IMG/VR virus record: IMGVR_UViG_3300006893_000001
From: a virus
Direction: 5' to 3' (one strand)
DNA: 64,000 nucleotides
Shown here: positions 1-7,333 of the stretch, piece by piece
Numbering within the stretch: position 1 is the stretch's first letter
Layout of the letters: each line of letters starts with the position of its first letter
Made by a program: the position numbers and the translations under genes
Notes under the pieces: model-generated
Told to the model about the DNA's origin: nothing
Seen by the model: only the letters and a program-made list of their open reading frames with translations
Databases searched by the model: none

Positions 1-220
1 TCTCTTCCATTCGGACTGCGACTTTTTCGCCAAACGACAGCGCTACAATGCTCGTCAAATCGCAGTCAGACTCTCGACGAAGCGACGATACAATTCCACC
101 ATGGGAAAATAGCGAAAGACTCAGACGCTTGACGACTCTGAGTGTTCGCTTGGTTCTCGTGTTCTAGAATCCTCGGAGCGAGCCTAATCCGATTTTTATC
201 TGTGCTCTTATTTGGAAGTT

Positions 221-331
221 CTAGTAGGCGAGTGGGTTGATGCTGATTCGCTTGCTCCACACATCGCTCGTGAAACCTTGCAGTTGGTTCAGGAAGTTGA
301 TGGTGTCTTTGGTCGTTGTCTCGGTTTGCAT
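221..331 (-). CDS. small hypothetical protein (36 aa, MQTETTTKDTINF...)
   Basis: ATG with AAGGAGA Shine-Dalgarno 6 nt upstream; below ORF-track size cutoff; found by reading the minus strand. Confidence 0.3.
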   Translation of the reverse strand: MQTETTTKDTINFLNQLQGFTSDVWSKRISINPLAY

Positions 332-401
332 TGTCGTTCTCCTTGGCTTCGAGTGATTTGTCTCTATACCTATTAGACCACAAATTACATGGTTTGTGTC
401 A

Positions 402-413
402 TGACGTACGTCA
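402..413. promoter_or_regulatory. perfect 12-bp palindrome TGACGTACGTCA (core of recurring TGCGAY-N4-GTCGCA motif)
   Basis: Self-complementary; sits in an intergenic gap just past terminator 460..490. Confidence 0.4.
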
Positions 414-459
414 CTGAAAGCAGATTCTCCGGCAGTGAGTGACGCACATCACAGGTACG

Positions 460-490
460 AAAAATGGGACAGCAATTCAGCTCTGTCCCA
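460..490 (-). terminator. intrinsic terminator closing the 3795->521 minus-strand operon
   Basis: Minus strand reads TGGGACAG-N10-CTGTCCCA followed by TTTTT, about 30 nt after the stop of 521..832. Confidence 0.7.
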
Positions 491-520
491 TTCTCCGATG
501 AAACGACGAATCTTGCTTGC

Positions 521-832
521 TTAGAAGTTGACGTTTGACGTGTATACCCAAAACGAGCGAATCTTCGTTTGGACTTCGGTACAATGCTTGCTCGTTGCAA
601 CGAGGCGTCCTTCCGTATCATCCGTTAGAACATCGTCAACCGAACCGACGAATGGATAGTTAAATTCACACGCCGATTCCGATGAGAAGAAGTTCGAACC
701 ACCATTTGCAAGAACGATTTGCGGGGTTGGAGTAGGTTGTGGCGAAGCAATCGGCGAGGTGATTGCGACTCCAATGGATGCGAGAACAATGACAGCGACG
801 ATTGTGCTAACAACGATGAGTAGAACGCGCAT
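521..832 (-). CDS. exported or membrane-anchored protein (103 aa)
   Basis: N-terminal hydrophobic helix MRVLLIVVSTIVAVIVLASIGVAI then PQPTPTPQ linker; last gene before the terminator. Confidence 0.55.
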   Translation of the reverse strand: MRVLLIVVSTIVAVIVLASIGVAITSPIASPQPTPTPQIVLANGGSNFFSSESACEFNYPFVGSVDDVLTDDTEGRLVATSKHCTEVQTKIRSFWVYTSNVNF

Positions 833-833
833 T

Positions 834-1094
834 TTAGATTTGTCCTTTCCGTAGACAGTTTGCGATTAGGTAGGTTCCGATAGGAACGAGCATGAACATC
901 CAAAGCGAAGACCAAACGGTCTTCGACGTTAGACATTCCATGTTGAAATAGTGATACCAATGCAGAATGAGTGCATCGAATATCGCGTAGATGGCAATTC
1001 CGAAGCCAAGAATCCATGGAACAATTGCTTTCGTTGATGGAATTGGTGGAAGTTCGGACAATGCGACTTTTGGTCCGTTGAAGAAGTCGTTCAT
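834..1094 (-). CDS. small membrane protein (86 aa, two hydrophobic helices)
   Basis: ORF track; ATGA start/stop overlap with 1091..1390; stop 1 nt before next start. Confidence 0.55.
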   Translation of the reverse strand: MNDFFNGPKVALSELPPIPSTKAIVPWILGFGIAIYAIFDALILHWYHYFNMECLTSKTVWSSLWMFMLVPIGTYLIANCLRKGQI

Positions 1095-1390
1095 TTTGCA
1101 ACACTGCTTCCTTCGTGCTTACGGCACGCAACAACGATGTGTTCGCTCCATGAATCTGGAAGCAAAAGTCGGTACGTGTAAAAACCTCGACTAGCCACAT
1201 CGAGAGCGAGTTTTCGGCAAAGTTCGCAATGAGTTTCGAGTGGGCACACATATTTCATTGGAATTAGTCTCCTTAAATACGACATTGAGGATAGTACCAG
1301 TTTATGACGAACGTATTGTCGACGCAACCAACGTATGATTGTGGAGCCGATAACAACGCACTCGACGATGGAATCACGAAGAGTGAACAA
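1091..1390 (-). CDS. hypothetical protein (99 aa)
   Basis: ORF track; translationally coupled to downstream gene; no recognisable domain. Confidence 0.5.
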   Translation of the reverse strand: MFTLRDSIVECVVIGSTIIRWLRRQYVRHKLVLSSMSYLRRLIPMKYVCPLETHCELCRKLALDVASRGFYTYRLLLPDSWSEHIVVACRKHEGSSVAK

Positions 1391-1430
1391 GCAAGCAGAA
1401 CAACGAGTGCGTATTTCACTTGATTTCCTC

Positions 1431-1446
1431 TGCGACGTACGTCGCT
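1431..1446. promoter_or_regulatory. operator-like inverted repeat TGCGACGTACGTCGCT
   Basis: Contains perfect 14-bp palindrome GCGACGTACGTCGC; the 30-mer TGCGACGTACGTCGCTTnGAAGATTAAnAT recurs at 3893. Confidence 0.55.
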
Positions 1447-1476
1447 TCGAAGATTAAAATCAGATTAAGTCTTCAA

Positions 1477-1492
1477 TGCGACTTTAGTCGTA
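1477..1492. promoter_or_regulatory. degenerate operator-like repeat TGCGACTTTAGTCGTA
   Basis: Matches TGCGAC-N4-GTCGyA; overlaps the stop codon of 1484..1813. Confidence 0.35.
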
Positions 1493-1813
1493 GTCATGTT
1501 GGGACAGATTTCCGTATCCATCATCGTTCCAACCATAAGCGTCTTTGACGTTCTGTTCTGCGACTGCATTAAAGTGACGAAGCTGTTCGTCAAGCTCTTT
1601 GTCCATCATATCAAGATATTCGTTGCTTTGGTTTTTTGGCATCAACATTTCCTCTGTTATGTCGTTGTTGCAAAGAACATCTAGCAAATCTACGTATGCT
1701 CTAACTATCGTCTCATCTGAGAGTTGTGCCAATTGCGCAGATTTGCCCTTACACGAAATGCAACCACACGCTTTACCGCGCACAATCGTTTCGGCTTGTT
1801 CTAAGATGTTCAT
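1484..1813 (-). CDS. hypothetical protein (109 aa)
   Basis: Start moved to internal ATG (MNILEQAE...) with GGAGGAG SD; ATGA overlap with upstream 1810..1998. Confidence 0.6.
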   Translation of the reverse strand: MNILEQAETIVRGKACGCISCKGKSAQLAQLSDETIVRAYVDLLDVLCNNDITEEMLMPKNQSNEYLDMMDKELDEQLRHFNAVAEQNVKDAYGWNDDGYGNLSQHDYD

Positions 1814-1998
1814 TTCGACTCCTCCGTTAATGCGAATCTTGCTGCATCCGAACGTACTCGTTTGCCAGAACAAGGAAGTGTTAAACCAAAACGACGAATC
1901 ATACACACTAATGTGTAATAATGTGAACCGTAAGCTTCAGCAATAGACATCGATGTATAGACTTTGTTCTTGTGAAACTTGCTGCTTAGGACTGACAT
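1810..1998 (-). CDS. hypothetical protein (62 aa)
   Basis: TGATG overlap with GAT-like gene stop and ATGA overlap with the next gene; no domain recognised. Confidence 0.45.
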   Translation of the reverse strand: MSVLSSKFHKNKVYTSMSIAEAYGSHYYTLVCMIRRFGLTLPCSGKRVRSDAARFALTEESK

Positions 1999-2786
1999 CA
2001 GATTACTCCTTGATGATTGATGAGCGCGATGTTTCGGCGAAGCAACACAGATTTGCGTCCGTCTCTGGTTGCTTGCTCGTATCCAACTTTGTCACGATTC
2101 TTCGCGATGTAGTTGCGAACGTATGCGAGTTCGTGTCCAGACAATCCGCAATACCAGGGATTTCGTCCATCCCATGAATCCTTGACCTTCGCGAACCGAT
2201 TCGTCTTGACTTTGTGACGATAGTTCATCTGCGTGATTTGACGCGGCGTGAAACTATCGTCGTTCGAATACCAACAACCGTCGAACCAAAGTCCGAATTG
2301 CTCGTTGACTATTCGAAGACTTTCCTTCGTGACAACGACCAATTTGTTGTGATAACCGACTTTGATTCGATTAGCGAGTTCGTTGAAGAACAAATCGTCG
2401 TTCATTATGTCATTCGATTGCTCGAAGACAGGACGAAGAATCATGTTTGCAAGAGTCCACGTGTCTGATTTCGTGTCGTCGAGCATTTCGATGTTGCGTA
2501 TGATTCCATTATGGAACAACCAAGCATCCGTCGTGATTTCGAATGGATGAGTCATTTCGATGGTTTTGACTCCACGAGTTGCCCATCGCATGTGAATAAC
2601 ACATTCCTCGTTCTTGTGTCGATTATACGACTGAACGAGTTCGTTCGTATCAAAACCACGCTCGACAACGATTCCATTGTCGGTTTTTGCGAGCAAACCC
2701 CATCCATGAGGATTTTGCTTGTTTGCGTTCGCGAGAGTCTTGTTATTGACTCTGCGATTCTTCGGTTTTACGATGATGAGACACAT
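1998..2786 (-). CDS. class II (Ntn, Cys1) glutamine amidotransferase-like thiol peptidase, paralog 1
   Basis: MCLIIVKP N-terminal nucleophile, NPHGWG, HMRWATRG..THPF, LFHNG; directly downstream of amidoligase. Confidence 0.8.
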   Translation of the reverse strand: MCLIIVKPKNRRVNNKTLANANKQNPHGWGLLAKTDNGIVVERGFDTNELVQSYNRHKNEECVIHMRWATRGVKTIEMTHPFEITTDAWLFHNGIIRNIEMLDDTKSDTWTLANMILRPVFEQSNDIMNDDLFFNELANRIKVGYHNKLVVVTKESLRIVNEQFGLWFDGCWYSNDDSFTPRQITQMNYRHKVKTNRFAKVKDSWDGRNPWYCGLSGHELAYVRNYIAKNRDKVGYEQATRDGRKSVLLRRNIALINHQGVI

Positions 2787-2790
2787 GTTC

Positions 2791-3795
2791 TTAGTTTCCT
2801 CTTACGCAGCGAAGTCTTTCGACTGCACGACGTTCTAATTCTGTTCCAGTGAGTACGTTTCCTTGTGTCGTTACGAACCTGCCTTCGCACTGTTCGAAAT
2901 ACCATCTTATGTAGAGTCTGCGAGAGTAGTTCGATTCTGGCATTCCATTCGTGTTGACGTAGTTTCTAACTTGTGCTGTTGTTGGATTTGAACCACGTCC
3001 ATTTGCAGGCATGATTCTTGCATTCAACGATACTCGATTCGTTCGTGCCACAACTTCTGTCGTCGTTTCAAACCTAGCAAATCGTTCTGATGCATTTGCT
3101 ATTCTCGCAACTAAGTCTGGATATTCAGTCGCATGTTCTTTCACGAAAGCAATGAATGCTTTCGGCGAATCAAGTCGACGTCCATCCTCTTTGCAATATT
3201 CCGCAACTGCGTGAGCGAAGTCAATGTCTGCTAACATTTGTTCTTTTGTATTCGTCGATGCAAACTGGCGAAATTCGACTGTTCCTGGTTTTTGTGTATT
3301 CAGTACAGCGTAACGAGTTGTCGTCCGACCACGACGAATTGATGCAGACACACGTTGTGGCGTCATTCTTTGGCAAAAATGATTTGATTTACGTCTTGCA
3401 ATAGTTGTCGTAAAGTCTGCATTGTTTCGATGGTTCATGAAAACAAGCATTCTGTTTATTTGCTGCATCGACAAAGCAGATTTTGACATGTGAATGTGAA
3501 GTCCACAAGATGCAGAACGTTGATACTTTTCGAGTGGAAGTAGATGATGAACGAATGCTTTTGCGTCGTTCTTCTTCATTGGAACACTGATAACTTCGAC
3601 ACCATTCAAACCTATCGAACCATCTTGTTCGCAGACGAATTTCGTTTGGTCTTTGTTGCCGAGTTCGTCGAGCAAATCTTCTCTCGACGTCGATGACATA
3701 ACTTCGTTTTCGATTCCGAAATACATTTCGCCACGGTTTAATGAGACAAGATTTGCAGGATTGATTCCGTGATAACCGTGAAGTTGTGCTCGCAT
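2791..3795 (-). CDS. Amidoligase_2-type (glutamine synthetase-like) carboxylate-amine ligase, paralog 1
   Basis: FGIENEV, DGSIGLNGVEVISVP, CGLHIHMS, TVEFRQFASTN motifs; SD GAGAAAGGA before ATG. Confidence 0.8.
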   Translation of the reverse strand: MRAQLHGYHGINPANLVSLNRGEMYFGIENEVMSSTSREDLLDELGNKDQTKFVCEQDGSIGLNGVEVISVPMKKNDAKAFVHHLLPLEKYQRSASCGLHIHMSKSALSMQQINRMLVFMNHRNNADFTTTIARRKSNHFCQRMTPQRVSASIRRGRTTTRYAVLNTQKPGTVEFRQFASTNTKEQMLADIDFAHAVAEYCKEDGRRLDSPKAFIAFVKEHATEYPDLVARIANASERFARFETTTEVVARTNRVSLNARIMPANGRGSNPTTAQVRNYVNTNGMPESNYSRRLYIRWYFEQCEGRFVTTQGNVLTGTELERRAVERLRCVRGN

Positions 3796-3861
3796 TTTAT
3801 TCCTTTCTCATTATAGATGTTAGTCTATGACTCTATTATCGACTATTTCGAAGGAAAAGCG

Positions 3862-3877
3862 TATGACGTACGTCGCA
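3862..3877. promoter_or_regulatory. operator-like inverted repeat TATGACGTACGTCGCA
   Basis: Half of a 16-bp-arm inverted repeat with 3893..3908; centre-to-centre 31 bp. Confidence 0.55.
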
Positions 3878-3892
3878 GCAGATTTTCCTTGC

Positions 3893-3908
3893 TGCGACGT
3901 ACGTCGCT
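3893..3908. promoter_or_regulatory. operator-like inverted repeat TGCGACGTACGTCGCT
   Basis: Perfect 14-bp palindrome GCGACGTACGTCGC; about 100 nt upstream of amidoligase-1 start. Confidence 0.6.
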
Positions 3909-3986
3909 TAGAAGATTAAGATTGGATTAAAATTCTGGGTTACGGCAAACGTCGCAATTAAGGGGCTCTATGCGATAACTTGTCTC

Positions 3987-3995
3987 TGATATAAT
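3987..3995 (+). promoter_or_regulatory. extended -10 promoter element TGaTATAAT
   Basis: Exact TGnTATAAT consensus; weak -35; points into the small ORF at 4035. Confidence 0.5.
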
Positions 3996-4034
3996 CCGGG
4001 AAGCGGAAATCTATTTCGTGGAAAGGTATCTAAT

Positions 4035-4163
4035 ATGGCGAAGAGAGCTTGTGCCGAATACGATGTCGTATGGAACGGCAAACGGTATTCAGTGGTTGAA
4101 CGCCTCCGTTTGCGACAAAAGTCGCAAATGACGCTTTCGACTGCGATAAAAGTCGCAAAGTGA
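4035..4163 (+). CDS. small basic hypothetical protein (42 aa)
   Basis: ATG with GAAAGG 9 nt upstream; body contains both operator copies 4111 and 4142, so coding status is uncertain. Confidence 0.3.
   Translation: MAKRACAEYDVVWNGKRYSVVERLRLRQKSQMTLSTAIKVAK
4111..4126. promoter_or_regulatory. operator-like inverted repeat TGCGACAAAAGTCGCA
   Basis: Perfect 6-bp arms with 4-bp spacer; paired with 4142..4157 at 31 bp. Confidence 0.6.
4142..4157. promoter_or_regulatory. operator-like inverted repeat TGCGATAAAAGTCGCA
   Basis: 5 of 6 arm positions complementary; same N4 spacer (AAAA) as 4111. Confidence 0.55.
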
Positions 4164-4176
4164 TGTGCGTCCTTCC

Positions 4177-4204
4177 TTTACTCGTAAATAGAAGCGCGTA
4201 AAAT
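4177..4204 (+). promoter_or_regulatory. sigma70-like promoter TTTACT-N16-TAAAAT (copy 1)
   Basis: Part of a 35-nt direct repeat (4174..4208 and 4228..4262) conserving exactly the -35 and -10 blocks. Confidence 0.55.
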
Positions 4205-4230
4205 TTCATGAGCACCAGAAAATTGAGTCC

Positions 4231-4258
4231 TTTACTCATTTCGAGGTACACGTAAAAT
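4231..4258 (+). promoter_or_regulatory. sigma70-like promoter TTTACT-N16-TAAAAT (copy 2)
   Basis: Second copy, 54 nt downstream of copy 1, same hexamers and spacer length. Confidence 0.55.
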
Positions 4259-4325
4259 TTCAACGATAGTCGTTATCCTGGTGGCGTGGTTCGTGTGGGC
4301 TAATTTTATTCGGCCGCTGAAGTGG

Positions 4326-4574
4326 ATGAAGCCCGGAATATGTGTAATGTGCGGACATGCGATGAACGTTCACTTTCCAGCACCTTTTCGTGGTTTTCAA
4401 GCGTGCCATCATTATCCGATGTGCGATTGCGAAATTGCGTTGGAATATGTTCCAGAGCGTCAAATCAATTCTGTTCCAGAGCGCGAAATACGTTCCAGAG
4501 CGTCGAAACATTTCTGTAGCAGTACTGCAACACAATTACTACGTGTACAAAGAGACTCGTACGTCGTATACTAG
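4326..4574 (+). CDS. possible Cys/His-rich small protein (82 aa)
   Basis: CVMCGH...CHHYPMCDCE; weak SD; contains three GTTCCAGAGCG DNA repeats, so may be non-coding. Confidence 0.25.
   Translation: MKPGICVMCGHAMNVHFPAPFRGFQACHHYPMCDCEIALEYVPERQINSVPEREIRSRASKHFCSSTATQLLRVQRDSYVVY
4449..4502. repeat. three direct copies of GTTCCAGAGCG (4449, 4473, 4492)
   Basis: Exact 11-mers spaced 24 and 19 nt; first copy is preceded by TGGAA-TATG-TTCCA inverted repeat. Confidence 0.8.
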
Positions 4575-4591
4575 AGACAGAAAGGTAAATT

Positions 4592-4870
4592 ATGAACGTT
4601 CACCTCGAACACGCTATCATTTGGACTGCGATGGTGTTCCTCGGCGTATCAATCCTTGCGTCGTATATTCGTCTCAGAGAATCAAAGCTTCAATCTCCTC
4701 CACGAGCCGTTCCACAGGCATTTTACTATCCTCATACATTCGGTAAGTGGCACGTGCATTATGACGATGGTGGATTCTCGGCTGCGATGAGTAAAGCAAT
4801 CGCATGTGATTACGCTCGAATCTTTGGCGGTTCGGCGCATGATATGAATCGGTGCGGACATGGCGTTTAG
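4592..4870 (+). CDS. membrane-anchored hypothetical protein (92 aa)
   Basis: AGAAAGG SD; N-terminal helix IIWTAMVFLGVSILASYI; first solid gene of the rightward block. Confidence 0.6.
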   Translation: MNVHLEHAIIWTAMVFLGVSILASYIRLRESKLQSPPRAVPQAFYYPHTFGKWHVHYDDGGFSAAMSKAIACDYARIFGGSAHDMNRCGHGV

Positions 4871-5039
4871 TAAAGACTTTTACATCGGTCATGCATTTGG
4901 GTATGTGGTTGTGCGCATAAAGCAGGGACTGCTTCAAATGATGCCGCTGCCTGCGACTATGAATCTAACCAGAGCACAAGCAACGTTCCTACGCGACGAA
5001 TTGACTCGCGAGTTAGAGTCTGGAGTCGCGTTCAAATGA
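4860..5039 (+). CDS. hypothetical protein (59 aa)
   Basis: Below track cutoff; overlaps previous stop by 11 nt; ATGA-coupled to a 24-aa TM peptide ORF (5036..5110) that ATGA-couples to 5107. Confidence 0.4.
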   Translation: MAFSKDFYIGHAFGYVVVRIKQGLLQMMPLPATMNLTRAQATFLRDELTRELESGVAFK

Positions 5040-5106
5040 GTCAGAACGATGTAGCATTCGTGCTCATTATCCTCATGTTCATCTTCGCGATGGCTCGGAG
5101 ACGCAG

Positions 5107-5517
5107 ATGAGCGATTCAATCGTAGCCGAGAACGTTAAGCGTGCGCTGCGCGGCACCGAACTGCATATCGATGAAGCGAACGCTATCATCGCTATGGTTC
5201 GTGAACGTACGCGTCTACCCCATAAACCCTTAATTACACGACCCGAGTATCCAGCATTTGGGTACACGACTGGATTTGAAGATGCTCAATCGCGATACAA
5301 ACCGTATTATGACAGAGCACTCAAAGCAGCGAAGCAGCTCCACGATATTATCCGAGCGCATGGCTTACTGAATCGGAATCTTGCTTCACTATCTGTTAAC
5401 TTCCTCGCGAATCTGCGTGATTCACTTCGCTTCATCAATATAGACGAAGATGGTCAAGATGGCGGATACTTCCACTATGACCGCAGCGCACAGTTCAAGG
5501 ATAATCAAATAACATGA
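5107..5517 (+). CDS. hypothetical protein (136 aa)
   Basis: ORF track; coupled on both sides by ATGA overlaps. Confidence 0.65.
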   Translation: MSDSIVAENVKRALRGTELHIDEANAIIAMVRERTRLPHKPLITRPEYPAFGYTTGFEDAQSRYKPYYDRALKAAKQLHDIIRAHGLLNRNLASLSVNFLANLRDSLRFINIDEDGQDGGYFHYDRSAQFKDNQIT

Positions 5518-5651
5518 TGCACGAACTATTGTGTCGCTTGGGTATTCATGTTCCGATGCACTTGAAGACAGAGTACTTCGGACGTGATTCAGAGTCGCAT
5601 AACATGCGCCGAGTTTGCTTTCACAAATGGATTGAGTACCACAATGCTTAG
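5514..5651 (+). CDS. small hypothetical protein (45 aa)
   Basis: ATGA overlap with 5107..5517; fills an otherwise empty gap. Confidence 0.35.
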   Translation: MMHELLCRLGIHVPMHLKTEYFGRDSESHNMRRVCFHKWIEYHNA

Positions 5652-5859
5652 GTGTGACAGTTGTGCTCGAGAATCTGAAATTCTATTTCAACTCGTTACG
5701 AGTAACAAAAAATATGTAAAGGCACGGCATCGAGAACTAATGGGCGTGTACGGCATGGATTATGCTACACCGTCTGTCTTTCAAATTGTTTGGTGTTTTA
5801 GATGTGTTTCGATGGAGCTGACTGCGACTGAAATCGTTGAGGCTAAGTCTCGTGGCTAA
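5644..5859 (+). CDS. small Cys-containing protein (71 aa)
   Basis: Start trimmed to MLRCDSCARE; CxxC...CFRC pattern suggests a zinc ribbon. Confidence 0.5.
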   Translation: MLRCDSCARESEILFQLVTSNKKYVKARHRELMGVYGMDYATPSVFQIVWCFRCVSMELTATEIVEAKSRG

Positions 5860-5860
5860 A

Positions 5861-6037
5861 ATGTCCGGCAATTGGTTAACTCGATTCCTCGATAATCTAT
5901 CGTGTCGCATTGGCTGGCACATGGACCCGCATACGTATTATGTTACGAGACGCGGTACCAATTGGGCGTATCATCAAGAGTGTCAGGCGTGCGGCGCTGA
6001 TTATGTTGAAATCAGAGCAGGAAGTAGGCGATTTTAA
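5861..6037 (+). CDS. small Cys-containing protein (58 aa)
   Basis: Start trimmed to MSGNWL, 1 nt after previous stop; HQECQACG motif. Confidence 0.5.
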   Translation: MSGNWLTRFLDNLSCRIGWHMDPHTYYVTRRGTNWAYHQECQACGADYVEIRAGSRRF

Positions 6038-6153
6038 TGGGTGACGACTATATCAAACAGATTATGGCGCTGTCATTCCTTACGTTCTTCGCAGGCATCG
6101 GCATGGGAATGCTTGGTGCAATGCTAGTGAAATACATTTCGAGACGCAAATGA
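6037..6153 (+). CDS. single-pass membrane peptide (38 aa)
   Basis: TAATG overlap; hydrophobic core ALSFLTFFAGIGMGMLGAMLV. Confidence 0.4.
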   Translation: MGDDYIKQIMALSFLTFFAGIGMGMLGAMLVKYISRRK

Positions 6154-6208
6154 GTGTATTCGCCTACATTAAGTGGCTTACTATTGAACTGAATCCAGGA
6201 AGGAAGTC

Positions 6209-6754
6209 ATGAATTTCATCACGATTGATACGGAGACTACGGGACTGTTTCCTGAGAAGCATGGAATTGTTTCAATCGGTTACGTTTTGACCGACCAGAA
6301 TGGCGAGCGATTCGACGAAGGATATACCATTTGCAATCCTGGTCGAGTTCAGTACACTAAGGAAGCGATGGACATAAACGGTCTTGCCAAGAAGATTATT
6401 GGTGCTCCTCGCGTCACTGTGGCTCTTAATGAGTTGCAAGATAAGTTTGCGCATTATAAACGAATGGGCGAATTGATAGCAGTCATGCACAACGCGCCGT
6501 TTGATGCTGGATTCATTTCAACGTCATTACGCCGACACAAATGTCAGTATAAAGACGTCAACATGTTTCGTCGTACGCTCGACACCATCTCGGTTGGATT
6601 CATGGCATTCGGCGAAGTCTTGTCGCTTGATAAACTCTGTCAGCGCTTAGAAGTCAAGAACGCCGAAGCTCACAACGCATTAGAAGATGCTCGTGCCACA
6701 AGTGTAGTGTTTCATAAGCTCAAAGATTACATTCAAGAGCGTGTGTATGGATAA
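6209..6754 (+). CDS. DnaQ-like DEDDh 3'-5' exonuclease
   Basis: Exo motifs DTETTG, HNAPFDAGF, HNALEDA; GGAAGGAAG SD. Confidence 0.85.
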   Translation: MNFITIDTETTGLFPEKHGIVSIGYVLTDQNGERFDEGYTICNPGRVQYTKEAMDINGLAKKIIGAPRVTVALNELQDKFAHYKRMGELIAVMHNAPFDAGFISTSLRRHKCQYKDVNMFRRTLDTISVGFMAFGEVLSLDKLCQRLEVKNAEAHNALEDARATSVVFHKLKDYIQERVYG

Positions 6755-6998
6755 GGAGAAGCTCAATGCCGACTTCGCAACACTCGAAGAAGCTGAAACC
6801 GCACAGAGTGGGATTACGCCACCCGAGCGATTCATTAACCCCGATACGCTTCGTGCGATTAAAAGAATTACCGGTGCGCGCACCCGTATGGTCAACCGAA
6901 TTGTGCAGAGAGTTAAGACGAAAGCTAAGCGTCGCACTAAGAATAAGTTAGCTCGTAAATCTAGGCAAACAAACCGCAAAGTGAAAGGGAAATCATGA
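6741..6998 (+). CDS. hypothetical protein with highly basic C-terminus (85 aa)
   Basis: ORF track; KTKAKRRTKNKLARKSRQTNRKVKGKS tail; true start may be 6747. Confidence 0.55.
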   Translation: MCMDKEKLNADFATLEEAETAQSGITPPERFINPDTLRAIKRITGARTRMVNRIVQRVKTKAKRRTKNKLARKSRQTNRKVKGKS

Positions 6999-7333
6999 AG
7001 AAATTACTCATCGCTCTTATGGCTGCCGCAGTCCTCGCATCCGTGAGTACAGCGAAAGCCGACACTACAAGCTTCACAGTTACAGTTGTCAACCAGTCGT
7101 CCTATACCATTGAGTATATCCAGGTTCAAGACGCAGGCGCAGGCAACTATTCGTCAGACTTGCTCGCGTCAGACCAAACAATTGCGCCGGGTCAGTCAGC
7201 TACAATACAGTTTGACGAACATCGCGGCTATTGCACATTCAACGTGGCTATCACTACGTTGAGTGGTGATACAAGCTATTTGACAGATGAGAACTTCTGT
7301 CAGAAGTCTACACTCTACGTAGTCAATCAATGA
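6995..7333 (+). CDS. secreted protein (signal peptide, 112 aa)
   Basis: MKKLLIALMAAAVLASVSTAKA-D signal-peptide-like N-terminus; ATGA coupling. Confidence 0.7.
   Translation: MKKLLIALMAAAVLASVSTAKADTTSFTVTVVNQSSYTIEYIQVQDAGAGNYSSDLLASDQTIAPGQSATIQFDEHRGYCTFNVAITTLSGDTSYLTDENFCQKSTLYVVNQ

Noticed and set aside
66-1251. Minus-strand ORFs 66..383, 385..621 and 625..1251
   Set aside because: Their composition is low-complexity or Arg/Ser-rich. They overlap better-supported coupled genes, and one spans the terminator at 460..490. 66..383 needs a TTG start with no SD.
4030-4535. Minus-strand ORFs 4030..4263 and 4260..4535 in the control hub
   Set aside because: They have no SD. They are antisense to the duplicated promoter units and the operators, and nothing couples them to the leftward operon, whose first gene starts at 3795.
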